From: Patescibacteria group bacterium
GTDB taxonomy: Bacteria > Patescibacteriota > Patescibacteriia > Magasanikbacterales > UBA922
DNA: 64,000 bases
Assembly: GCA_018823045.1 (NCBI GenBank)
Contig: JAHJIX010000002.1
Span: forward strand, 128,846 to 192,845
Direction of reading: 5' to 3'
Shown here: positions 47,830-56,638 of the stretch, piece after piece
Position numbering within the stretch: the stretch's first letter is position 1
Layout: every line of letters starts with the position of its first letter
Position numbers and translations under genes: made by a program
Notes under the pieces: model-generated
Seen by the model: the letters and a program-made list of their open reading frames with translations, nothing else
Database searches by the model: none
Told to the model about the DNA's origin: nothing

Positions 47830-49029
47830 ATGGCAACAAAAACACAAGAAAATTTTGAAGAATTATTGCAAGATTACTTTGCAAAATTGCCTAAGGTTGG
47901 CGAAATAGTAAATGGTACAGTTATCTCTGTTGATAATGGTGCTGTGCGTTTAGATATCAACGGTTTAATGACTGGTGTTATTCGAGCACGGGAGTTATTT
48001 ACGGAATCAAGTGAATATGCAAACATTTCAGTAGGAGATGTTGTTGAAGCGACTGTTATTGAGCAAGAAAATGAAACTGGTGAAATGGAATTGTCTTTTC
48101 GTATTGCAGGATATCAACGTGTGTGGGACCGTATGGTTGAACATGTAGGTGATGGTCTTACAATTGAGGCAAAAATTATTCACGCAAATAAAGGTGGATT
48201 AATGGTACAAATTGATGCGTTGACTGGATTTATGCCGGTGAGCCAACTTGCTCCAGATAACTATCCACGTGTACAGGGTGGAGATAAAAATCGTATTTTA
48301 GAGCATTTGCAAGCGCTTGTGGGTACTATCATGAAAGTAAAAGTGCTTGATGCAAATCAAAAAGATGAAAAATTGATTCTTTCTGAAAAAGCTGTTTGGG
48401 AAGATGATCAAAAAGCTGTACTTGAATCATATAAAATTGGTGATGTGGTTGCTGGTGAAGTAAGTGCGCTTACTTCATTTGGAGCATTTATGAAATTTGG
48501 TGCTGGTCTTGAGGGACTTATCCATATTTCAGAAATTGTTTGGCAACGCATTGATCATCCAAAAGATGTATTGAAAGTTGGAGATAAAGTTGAAGCACAA
48601 ATTATTGATTTAAATAAATCAAAGATTTATCTTTCTATGAAGCGTCTTATTGACGATCCATGGAAAAGAGTAAAAGATTTGTATACTGTTGGCCAAAAGG
48701 TAAAAGGTGCGGTACATAAAGTTGAACCGTTTGGTTTAATGGTTAAATTAGATAGTAATATTCACGGTTTGGCACATATTTCTGAGTTGTCAAATAAAGC
48801 AATTAGCGACTTGAGTGAATTAAAATCAATGTTTGTTATCGGTGAAGATCATGAATTTGAAATTATCAACATTGAACCAGCTGAACACCGTTTAGGTCTT
48901 CGTCTTGCTGGGGTCAAACCAAAAAAACAAGAAAAAAAGACAGAAGAAAAAGTTGAAGAGAATAAAGAGGTTGTTGTAGAAACTCCTTCAACTGAAGTGC
49001 TAGAAGTAAAAGAAGAAGCTACTGAATAA
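47830..49029 (+). CDS. rpsA: 30S ribosomal protein S1-like protein (four S1 domains)
   Basis: Four OB-fold S1 repeats (GEIVNGTVISV, GDVVAGEVSALTSFGAFMKF, GQKVKGAVHKVEPFGLMVKL) and a Lys/Glu-rich C-terminus. Confidence 0.8.
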   Translation: MATKTQENFEELLQDYFAKLPKVGEIVNGTVISVDNGAVRLDINGLMTGVIRARELFTESSEYANISVGDVVEATVIEQENETGEMELSFRIAGYQRVWDRMVEHVGDGLTIEAKIIHANKGGLMVQIDALTGFMPVSQLAPDNYPRVQGGDKNRILEHLQALVGTIMKVKVLDANQKDEKLILSEKAVWEDDQKAVLESYKIGDVVAGEVSALTSFGAFMKFGAGLEGLIHISEIVWQRIDHPKDVLKVGDKVEAQIIDLNKSKIYLSMKRLIDDPWKRVKDLYTVGQKVKGAVHKVEPFGLMVKLDSNIHGLAHISELSNKAISDLSELKSMFVIGEDHEFEIINIEPAEHRLGLRLAGVKPKKQEKKTEEKVEENKEVVVETPSTEVLEVKEEATE

Positions 49030-49050
49030 TTATTTCAGTATAATACAATA

Positions 49051-49080
49051 AAAAACTCCCGTGAAAATGGGAGTTTTTAT
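49051..49080 (+). terminator. Intrinsic terminator after the S1 gene (AAAAACTCCC-GTGAAAAT-GGGAGTTTTT)
   Basis: A perfect 10-bp stem including the flanking A and T runs. Confidence 0.8.
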
Positions 49081-49146
49081 GTTGACTTTTGTTTTATTTT
49101 GGTATATGGTGTATAAGGATCTTTTACAACATAGAGGAGAATACAA

Positions 49147-49791
49147 ATGGAGATGCAAATTAGTTGCTTCGGCAGCAGTGAAAAAGCCCCAAATGCACTT
49201 CCCGCACCACCAAGACTTAGGACCCTTGTCAGTCTGAGTTGTGGAATTTCTTCACAAGAATTTTTGCAAACAATTCAGAATTTGGGTGTGCAACAAATCT
49301 GGGACATTCGTTTGACTCCGACATATGTGTCACGTTTCAAAAGACCAGATTACGGAAGTGATCAACAATTGTTTAGGGAAATGTGTACGCAAATGTCGGT
49401 TGAATATAGGCATGTTCCTATATTTGCTCCGACACAAGAAATGCGCCATGCATTTAATCGTGCAACAGAAAATTCTGATACTCGTTTAGGTGCATGGACA
49501 AGTTACCTTGAAGATTTAGAAGTCTTGATGCAAGAAAGGAGGGCTATTACTTTAAGTCAAGAAGGGCTTAATCAAGCGCCAGAAGTCGTTGCTGCTGTTT
49601 GTTCTTGTCACTATCATGATGATTGTCACAGGAGCTATGTCACAGCAATGTTACATCACTACATACAAGGAGTATACATACATGTTGTAGACCCTAATAA
49701 GGAAAAACGTCGCCCAAAGTATCCACGAAGATGGCGTCAGCATGATTTCCCAATGGTGGGACTGCTGGCAAATGCACCACAAAAGAGCTGA
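49147..49791 (+). CDS. DUF488 family protein (island gene A)
   Basis: The pattern (signature left column; letters in brackets are in the DUF488 consensus but not this ORF): I-S-C-F-G-S-S ... S-S-Q-E-F-L ... L-G-V-Q-Q-I-W-D-I-R ... P-(S)-(R) ... Y ... V-E-Y-R-H ... V-C-S-C-H ... D-D-C-H-R matches my recollection of the DUF488 signature (I-x-T-x-G-x-S...EEF...L...GI..L.DVR..P.S...Y.H...CxCAE...CHR). A Shine-Dalgarno sequence AGGAGA lies 8 nt upstream. GC appears higher than in the flanks. Confidence 0.55.
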   Translation: MEMQISCFGSSEKAPNALPAPPRLRTLVSLSCGISSQEFLQTIQNLGVQQIWDIRLTPTYVSRFKRPDYGSDQQLFREMCTQMSVEYRHVPIFAPTQEMRHAFNRATENSDTRLGAWTSYLEDLEVLMQERRAITLSQEGLNQAPEVVAAVCSCHYHDDCHRSYVTAMLHHYIQGVYIHVVDPNKEKRRPKYPRRWRQHDFPMVGLLANAPQKS

Positions 49792-49802
49792 GGAGAATAC
49801 TC

Positions 49803-50504
49803 TTGCTAGTTGACACGTACGCTTTGATTTTATCTGAGACAATAATTGGTGGTGATCATTTTTGTACCAATTGTCTCATTAAAGAGGGTGAAAACTATCG
49901 GCAAATTCGGCTTAGAAGTGCTGGTAATAATCATCTAGCATATCACATGCTGCCTTCACAGGCACGGAGGCACTGGAAAATGGGGCAAGTTATAATACTT
50001 CCTCCATTTAAGAAGCCAAGTAATTGGTTTTGGCGAGGAACTCATCCAGAAGATGTGATTGTAGAACCAAGAAAAATAAAGGCTGTAAATCTTCATAGAG
50101 ACCCTGATGGGGATCGTTTTCTTGGATTAATAGAGCCATTTACATACCAAAGTCTTGAGGCTCTATATCCAGAACACATAAAAGATGGAGGAAGTATATA
50201 TTACCCAGCTGATGCGATTTTAGAGCGATCTGTTGGGTATGTCCGACTCCCATCTGTTTCTATACGTAGAAACGATTGGGGAAAACTGCGAGCGCGCGTA
50301 GAGATAACTTCTCCTCGTCGATCACTATCAAGGATATATGATTTTTCTATCGTTGGTAAAGATCTGCGCAATAGGGTTGAGTCAGGCGACATTCGTATAG
50401 GGAGCACATTTGAGAATGTGCTGTGTCGGTTGAGTCTTGCTGGACCGTATGCACAACAAAGAAACCAGTGTTACGTAATGCTTAGCCACATTCATGGCGT
50501 CTAG
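49803..50504 (+). CDS. Hypothetical protein (island gene B), probable TTG start
   Basis: A 233-aa ORF with GAGGAGAA 6 nt upstream of a TTG. It is probably co-transcribed with gene A. No family was recognised. Confidence 0.4.
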   Translation: MLVDTYALILSETIIGGDHFCTNCLIKEGENYRQIRLRSAGNNHLAYHMLPSQARRHWKMGQVIILPPFKKPSNWFWRGTHPEDVIVEPRKIKAVNLHRDPDGDRFLGLIEPFTYQSLEALYPEHIKDGGSIYYPADAILERSVGYVRLPSVSIRRNDWGKLRARVEITSPRRSLSRIYDFSIVGKDLRNRVESGDIRIGSTFENVLCRLSLAGPYAQQRNQCYVMLSHIHGV

Positions 50505-50523
50505 TGTAATGTGATACTGACCG

Positions 50524-50566
50524 AAAAAAGCTACCCTTGTGATCTGGAGGATTACAAGGGTTTTTT
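50524..50566 (+). terminator. Intrinsic terminator after island gene B (ACCCTTGT...ACAAGGGT followed by T6)
   Basis: An 8-bp stem with a 13-nt loop, followed by TTTTTT. Confidence 0.7.
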
Positions 50567-50597
50567 AATATAAAAGTACTCTATCAACAGGCTCTCA

Positions 50598-50626
50598 TTG
50601 ACAGGAGTTATTTTTTCATATATAGT
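50598..50626 (+). promoter_or_regulatory. Sigma-70-like promoter for island gene C (TTGACA, 17-nt spacer, TATAGT)
   Basis: Consensus -35 at 50598-50603, a 17-nt spacer, and -10 TATAGT at 50621-50626. Confidence 0.5.
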
Positions 50627-50697
50627 AATTAGTTAGTAGAGAGCATATAATGATGTATGCTGTCTTAAAAACGCCCGTAACCTACAACTAAACCGAA

Positions 50698-51366
50698 ATG
50701 TCCTTGGAGGGGAAAATGGAAGCTATCCTTTATGTATTTGCGAGCGGGTTGCTCCAACAAAGCGAAGGTGTTCTCTCCTTTTTTGGGGGTGGAACATTCG
50801 TTTCTGTCGATGATGTCTGTGCTCACTTGTTTTCCTTAGGAAGACAAATGGGTAAAAAGATAAATACTAATTTTTTCAAAATTACAAAGGGTTCTTTGTT
50901 GCTCTTGGATGTGGATAATCAAGAAGCCGGATTTATTTGCCCTCGTTTGAGGGAGAGTAAATTAGAGTTTTTTTCTTTTTTGGAATTGTTTAATTGGTGG
51001 GGTAGTTTGAGAAATAGATTTGAGTTCGTCATAAGAGATTATGGTGGGCTTAATTCTCATTTTACCTATATTCTCGATAGAGAGGGAAGAGGTGAAATAT
51101 TTTCAAACACCCATATACAGTATAAGGGGCTTGCAAGGGGAATAGGAGAAAGGACGGTATGTATTCTTTCTCCAAATTCTCAATTACATCAGCATGCGGA
51201 GGTCGATGACACGCCGCGTCGTCTTGACCCACCAGAGGGAGAGCTTAATATAGGTATAAGAATCTCTCTTTGGCTTATTAAGCCCGGACAGGGCTTAAGG
51301 GTGGGGGAGAGGATAGTTCTCCGCAATGTTGGCGGGGAATTGCAAGAGGAGCGTTTTGCTTTGTAA
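50698..51366 (+). CDS. Hypothetical protein (island gene C)
   Basis: A 222-aa ORF with its own promoter and a downstream terminator at 51368-51399. No family was recognised. Confidence 0.4.
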   Translation: MSLEGKMEAILYVFASGLLQQSEGVLSFFGGGTFVSVDDVCAHLFSLGRQMGKKINTNFFKITKGSLLLLDVDNQEAGFICPRLRESKLEFFSFLELFNWWGSLRNRFEFVIRDYGGLNSHFTYILDREGRGEIFSNTHIQYKGLARGIGERTVCILSPNSQLHQHAEVDDTPRRLDPPEGELNIGIRISLWLIKPGQGLRVGERIVLRNVGGELQEERFAL

Positions 51367-51367
51367 T

Positions 51368-51399
51368 GGCGCAGTCTGGGGGACTGCGTCTATTTTTTT
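51368..51399 (+). terminator. Intrinsic terminator after island gene C
   Basis: GGCGCAGTC-TGGGG-GACTGCGTC followed by TATTTTTTT. Confidence 0.65.
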
Positions 51400-51469
51400 A
51401 GGTACTGAGACATTGACAAATACCCACTTTTTTGGCTATACTATGCAAACATATGTTTATGTATAATTA

Positions 51470-53314
51470 TTGAAACTTATGAAATCACTGTTGAAAAATA
51501 TTACTATTATTGTGTTGGTTCTTTTTTCTGTGGCAGCTGCAGCAAGTTTTGTGGATATGTCACAAGAAGGCCCAGAAGAAATTGGAGTAAATCGTCTTGC
51601 ACAAGAAGTAAAAGATGGGCAAGTAAAAATGGTAGAAATCGAAGGAGATACCTTGATTATTACTCTTCATGAAGAAGATAAAAAGCAAGAGTTAAAAAAA
51701 GAATATGGCCAACCATTTACTGAATTAATGCAAAATGTTGGTGTTTCTCCTGAAAGTTTAGGGCAAGTAGAAGTTTTAGTAAAAAAAGATCCTGAATGGA
51801 AATTATTTTTAATGGGTCTTGCACCATTTTTACTTCCATTTTTGTTAGTAGCAGGGCTTATTTATTTTATGAGTCGCCAAGTACAAGGAGCAAACAGTAA
51901 AGCAATGAGTTTTGGCTCATCAAAAGCAAAAGAAGCTAAACCAGATGAAAAACATACAACAAAATTTAAAGATGTAGCTGGAGCACAGGAAGCAAAGGAA
52001 GAATTAAAAGAAATTGTGTCATTTTTAAAGCATCCTAAAAAGTTTGCAGACATGGGGGCAAAAATTCCTCGTGGTGCATTACTGATGGGAGCTCCTGGAA
52101 CAGGAAAAACACTTCTTGCAAAAGCGGTGGCTGGGGAAGCAGAAGTTCCATTTTATCATATGAGTGGTTCTGAGTTTGTGGAGATGTTTGTGGGTGTCGG
52201 TGCAAGTCGTGTTCGTGACTTGTTTAATAAAGCTAAAAAATCTGCACCAGCAATTGTATTTATTGATGAAATTGATGCTGTTGGTCGCAAGCGTGGTGCA
52301 GGACTCGGTGGTGGGCACGATGAACGTGAGCAAACATTAAATCAAATTTTGGTAGAGATGGATGGATTTGCACCAAACTCAGGAGTGATTGTAATGGCAG
52401 CAACTAATCGTCCAGATGTTTTAGATAAAGCTTTGCTTCGTCCGGGTCGTTTTGATCGTCGTATTGTTATTGATATGCCAGATATTAATGATCGAGAAGA
52501 AATCTTAAAGGTGCATGCAAAAAACAAACCATTTGCAAAAGATGTAGACTTACGTATTATTGCAGAGCGTACTCCTGGATTTACAGGAGCAGATTTAGAA
52601 AGCTTATTAAATGAAGCCGCAATTTTAGCAGTAAAGAAAAATAAAAAAGAAATTAGAGAGGATTTTGTTCGCCAAAGTATTGACAAAGTGCTTTTGGGAC
52701 CAGAAAAACGTTCACGAGTGCTCAGTGATAAAGAAAAAGAAATGACGGCATATCATGAAGCAGGGCATGCGATTGTGGGACACTTTTTAAGACATTGTGA
52801 TCCTGTGCGTAAAGTATCTATTATCGGTCGTGGTATGGCTGGTGGGTATACACTTTCAATGCCTGCAACAGACAAACGCTATCAAACAATTGCACAATTT
52901 AGAGATGATCTTGCAATGACCATGGGTGGGTATGTGATTGAAAAAATGCAATATGGTGATGATCAATTATCAACTGGCCCTTCAAGTGATTTAAAAAAAG
53001 CAACTCAAATTGCGACAAAAATGGTAATGCAATATGGAATGACAAGTGATTTAGGGCCACGGGTATATGGTGATAATGAAGAACTTATTTTTTTGGCACA
53101 AGAAATTCATGAAAAGAAAAATTATAGTGAAAAAACAGCAGAACAAATTGATATGGCTATTAATGAAATTCTTGCACAAGCTGAAAAAACAGCAAAAGAA
53201 ACATTAATTAAATACAAAAAAGAAACAGAGGCTTTGGTAAAAGCACTTATCAAAGATGAAACAATTGAGCAAGAGGAGTTTATAAATATTGTTGGTAAAA
53301 GAAATGAAAAATAA
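51470..53314 (+). CDS. ftsH: ATP-dependent zinc metalloprotease FtsH
   Basis: N-terminal TM helices, AAA+ Walker [14 protein letters not shown], Walker [12 protein letters not shown], the second region of homology (SRH), and the zinc-binding motif [10 protein letters not shown]. Confidence 0.95.
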   Translation: MKLMKSLLKNITIIVLVLFSVAAAASFVDMSQEGPEEIGVNRLAQEVKDGQVKMVEIEGDTLIITLHEEDKKQELKKEYGQPFTELMQNVGVSPESLGQVEVLVKKDPEWKLFLMGLAPFLLPFLLVAGLIYFMSRQVQGANSKAMSFGSSKAKEAKPDEKHTTKFKDVAGAQEAKEELKEIVSFLKHPKKFADMGAKIPRGALLMGAPGTGKTLLAKAVAGEAEVPFYHMSGSEFVEMFVGVGASRVRDLFNKAKKSAPAIVFIDEIDAVGRKRGAGLGGGHDEREQTLNQILVEMDGFAPNSGVIVMAATNRPDVLDKALLRPGRFDRRIVIDMPDINDREEILKVHAKNKPFAKDVDLRIIAERTPGFTGADLESLLNEAAILAVKKNKKEIREDFVRQSIDKVLLGPEKRSRVLSDKEKEMTAYHEAGHAIVGHFLRHCDPVRKVSIIGRGMAGGYTLSMPATDKRYQTIAQFRDDLAMTMGGYVIEKMQYGDDQLSTGPSSDLKKATQIATKMVMQYGMTSDLGPRVYGDNEELIFLAQEIHEKKNYSEKTAEQIDMAINEILAQAEKTAKETLIKYKKETEALVKALIKDETIEQEEFINIVGKRNEK

Positions 53315-53327
53315 GTAGTATTAAAGT

Positions 53328-53358
53328 AAAAAAATCCCCAGAAGGGGATTTTTTTATA
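53328..53358. terminator. Bidirectional intrinsic terminator (AATCCCC-AGAA-GGGGATT flanked by A7 and T7)
   Basis: Lies between convergent ftsH and the 53354..54349 gene. Confidence 0.8.
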
Positions 53359-54349
53359 TACTGCGTTGTAAAGGTATTTCTTCCGTTCGTGCCATGCTTA
53401 TGGCAGTTAATGGTCTTGTGTCACTTGTTTGATCTACTAATTTTATTTGTATTGAACCAAACTGATCTTTTGTCAATTTAAATGTTGAAATTTGATTAGG
53501 TAAGTCTATTGCTAATATTGGGGGATTTATGTCGTGAGTAGGAGCTGTATTAAAAAAGAAATCTTTTCCTTTTTCATCTGTTAGTTTTATACTATGTATA
53601 AATTTTCCCTCAGTACCTCGGTATCGCCGAGCAACATCTTGTAGAGATGCATCTTGCAGACCATAACCATGAGCAATTAGTTGATCCATGAGTATCGGAT
53701 TTTCTTCAATAAATCTTCGTTGGGCTGCTTCTTTAAGTGATATTGCTTTAAGTTCTTGTTTGCCATTCTCTTTTGTTATGACTTTGTGTAATCCAAATCC
53801 TGAATTTTTTGGATCTCCTGTGAAAGAAACAGGTGTCGGTGTATCTGTTTCTTTGTAAAAAAGAGCTGCTTCGCCTGTTTCAGGATTTTTACTGTGTGCT
53901 AGTGTTAAATATCTTTTTGTATATGTTCCCTTTTCAAATAATGCATCAATTTCATCTGCTGTCGCTACAATAAATCCATCTTCTATCATTGCTTCTGTTC
54001 GTTCACGATGTCCTGCATCACCTTTTTCTCCCATTTCTATTAATCGTTTTTTTCCATCTTTTTGTAACTCTACTTTATAATGTTCTGTTGTATAAAGAGT
54101 TGAATCTAAAAAAGTAGGTACTTCTTCAGTATTTTTATTGGTATAATATAAAAATGTTTCTCCGTTGTTTAAAGTGATAACAGTTACATACGAAGAATAA
54201 ATATCAATAGACCCTTTCGTTTTGTAAAGATCAATTGTTTCTTGTGGAATTGGGAGATAACCACCTTCCTTTAACTGTGTTATTTCTTGAGATAAATTTT
54301 CTGATTCAGTGGGCGAAAAATTTGGGGGATACAATTCTACTGCTAGCAT
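53354..54349 (-). CDS. Hypothetical cytoplasmic protein made of about three copies of an unrecognised ~80-aa repeat (paralog 1)
   Basis: No signal peptide. The modules contain ...G(Y/F)...Y.T...L...GE..LFYKETD.P... and are shared with the adjacent 486-aa protein. Confidence 0.5.
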   Translation of the reverse strand: MLAVELYPPNFSPTESENLSQEITQLKEGGYLPIPQETIDLYKTKGSIDIYSSYVTVITLNNGETFLYYTNKNTEEVPTFLDSTLYTTEHYKVELQKDGKKRLIEMGEKGDAGHRERTEAMIEDGFIVATADEIDALFEKGTYTKRYLTLAHSKNPETGEAALFYKETDTPTPVSFTGDPKNSGFGLHKVITKENGKQELKAISLKEAAQRRFIEENPILMDQLIAHGYGLQDASLQDVARRYRGTEGKFIHSIKLTDEKGKDFFFNTAPTHDINPPILAIDLPNQISTFKLTKDQFGSIQIKLVDQTSDTRPLTAISMARTEEIPLQRSI

Positions 54350-54444
54350 AAAGAAAAATTAAATACAAGAAAAAACTTATGTGTATAGTATGTAATTATT
54401 ATATGTATAGTAACAAGAATAATTACTTTTGCCAATAGAGCGTT

Positions 54445-55905
54445 TTATGAGCTTGTGTGTGGAATGAGTTCTTGTTTCCCATCGATATTCTGTATTCGAT
54501 AAATATCACATTCAAAATCTTGATAATTTGTACCATCTAAAAAATCAATTTCTTCTGGATTATCAGTGTTTTTATAAAAAAGAAGACTTCTGTTATTTGT
54601 GGTATCAAGAAGTGTTACTTTGGTCAAATATGGTTTATTGAAACTTTTTGATGTAAGACGTTGATGTAGTGTGGGAGTATCTGTTAAAATAAAATTATGA
54701 TCAAGCATCAATTGCAATCTTTGCTCATGTGCATTTTGTTTTATTTCTTTATTTTCTCCCATTATATCAACAGGAATTAAATGGTAGGGGGCAAGATTAT
54801 CCATTTCTCGAAAGATCCCTTTGTGTGCTACCATCTTATTATCTTCTCGTCTTAATACTTTAGCTTCTTTTCTGCTTTCTTTTTCACTCTGTATCTGTTC
54901 TGCTCGTGTGGGAGGGATTACTTTGAAAAATTGGATAAACGATGAGATTGTTTTTTCTGGATATTTAGGAATATCAGGATTATCAGCATCTGTACCTTTG
55001 AGAAATATGTAGGTTTGTTCTGTTGTTGGGTCAATCATGCGGACAGTGGTCACGAATGTATATCCTACAAATTGACCACCTTGCTTTATCATTTGATTAA
55101 ACGTATTTACTGGAATAGAAATATATCCTTGAGCATGCATTTCATTAATAATATGGCTGATTTCACTTAGTTCTTCTTTTTCCCAACCATGTTCTGTTTG
55201 ATGAACGGGGATTGTGTAAGTTGCTGGGTCATCATCTGTTGGCTTTTCAATAAGGTATGTTTTGATCAAATAATTATCTTCATCGAGGGTATCGTTTGAA
55301 TTTAAAAAGTTAGGTAGTTCAGGTGCTCTTTCATTTCTTTTTGTAAAAAATAGATGTGGTTTTTTGATTTCAACAATGGTCAAGTATGTTGTATTTGGGA
55401 GAGAACCAGCTGTCCATTTATTTATAATGTGTTGTGTCGTTATGTTCCACCCTTGTGATTCAAATTTTTTATTTATTTCTTGTGCAGCTGGCTCCAACAT
55501 TTCTTCTGTGAGAAGAATCATATTTCTTTTAAGTCCTAACTCATCTTCAGGCTTAATAATATAATGATTGGTAGTATATGAAATATGTTGTGAGAGGTCA
55601 GTTGTATCTAGAAAATTTGGTGTATTTGATAACTCTGTTCCTTGTTTTACAAAAACCATTTTTGGTTCTTCTATTATGATAGTAGTAATATATGCTATAT
55701 CTGGTGGGTTTTCTGTAAGCCATTTATTGACTGTGTTTTGTGTAGTCATTCTCCATCCTTCTTTTGTAAATTTTTTTATCAATTCTTTCTTTATTTCAAG
55801 TTCAGTCGGTTCCTTCTCAGCTGGTTCAAATACTTCTTTTGGAAGCGGTGGCATAGCTGGAGGAAGTTCTGATTTTGGTGTCGGACGAAGTTCAGATATA
55901 GACAT
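54445..55905 (-). CDS. Hypothetical cytoplasmic protein made of about four copies of the same ~80-aa repeat (paralog 2)
   Basis: Contains the pair KEGWRMTTQNTVNKWLTENPPDIAYITTIIIEEPKMVFVKQGTELSNTPNFLDTTD and SQGWNITTQHIINKWTAGSLPNTTYLTIVEIKKPHLFFTKRNERAPELPNFLNSND. A C-terminal copy has LLFYKNTDNPEEIDFLDGT. The N-terminal 40 aa are Pro/Glu-rich. Confidence 0.5.
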   Translation of the reverse strand: MSISELRPTPKSELPPAMPPLPKEVFEPAEKEPTELEIKKELIKKFTKEGWRMTTQNTVNKWLTENPPDIAYITTIIIEEPKMVFVKQGTELSNTPNFLDTTDLSQHISYTTNHYIIKPEDELGLKRNMILLTEEMLEPAAQEINKKFESQGWNITTQHIINKWTAGSLPNTTYLTIVEIKKPHLFFTKRNERAPELPNFLNSNDTLDEDNYLIKTYLIEKPTDDDPATYTIPVHQTEHGWEKEELSEISHIINEMHAQGYISIPVNTFNQMIKQGGQFVGYTFVTTVRMIDPTTEQTYIFLKGTDADNPDIPKYPEKTISSFIQFFKVIPPTRAEQIQSEKESRKEAKVLRREDNKMVAHKGIFREMDNLAPYHLIPVDIMGENKEIKQNAHEQRLQLMLDHNFILTDTPTLHQRLTSKSFNKPYLTKVTLLDTTNNRSLLFYKNTDNPEEIDFLDGTNYQDFECDIYRIQNIDGKQELIPHTSS

Positions 55906-55920
55906 AAAAAATATTAAAAT

Positions 55921-56558
55921 CTAAGAAGAAGCACTGCTGTATGTATTTACTGCATAATTCCAAATAAAGCGTGCTATGATTATACTTATCGTAGCAAGAA
56001 TATCAGCTATTGCCAAGAGTGGCCATGAAATTTGGCCGAGTAGCATTTTGGTTGAGACCGTTGTAATAAATGCTAGTGGAAAGGTAAAGGTATATACGAT
56101 ACGTACAATATCAGTATACATATCAGTTGGGTAGCGTGCAAGATTATGAAAACGCCAGGCAATGGCATTTGTGCTCCATCCTTCAATGGACTTAAAATTA
56201 ATTGTTTTAGTTGAAAGGGTGATGCTGTATAAAATAATTTGTCCGCAAGTAAAGGTGAAAAGAAAAAAGAGTAGTGTCATAAACGGGCGTTCAATTGTTT
56301 GGTTTGCGATTCCATATGTGATAATTGCAATGCCCAGACCATTTGATACGGTCATGCGTAAAAAGGTGAGTATAATGTAATAGCTGACAATACCAACTAG
56401 GCTGTATGTCCCAACCTGTTCACCTGCACCATAGATACTCATCCATAAATAAACCCTGAAAATGTGATGACATGACTAACCAGCAGTAGGCCTAGGTTGA
56501 GGCGATACTGCATAAATTTGCTGAGTGTATTTGTATAGACAATCCAATATTTTTTCAT
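55921..56558 (-). pseudogene. ABC-2-type transporter permease, frameshifted (two overlapping frames)
   Basis: Frame 1 (56439..56558) encodes MKKYWIVYTNTLSKFMQYRLNLGLLLVSHVITFSGFIYG and then a stop. This resembles the M-x-K-Y-x...L-x-Y-R-x-N N-terminus of ABC-2 permeases. The remaining 173 aa (55921..56442), with five or six TM helices, continue in the -1 frame. No cognate ATPase gene is adjacent. Confidence 0.45.
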
Positions 56559-56592
56559 AGAGTGCTGCTATTTTAGCATATTCAGAGGAAAT

Positions 56593-56627
56593 AAAAAACC
56601 ATCTTAGAGATTAAGATGGTTTTTTGG
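56593..56627. terminator. Intrinsic terminator (AAAAAACCATCTTA-GAGATT-AAGATGGTTTTTT)
   Basis: A 10-bp stem located 3' of the PP2C-like gene. Confidence 0.75.
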
Positions 56628-56638
56628 TATATTTGTTT

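Noticed and set aside
56435-56445. Programmed -1 ribosomal frameshift in the ABC-2 permease
   Set aside because: The shift site TTTATTTATGG is not a canonical X-XXY-YYZ slippery heptamer, and no downstream pseudoknot was obvious. A pseudogene or an indel error is more parsimonious.
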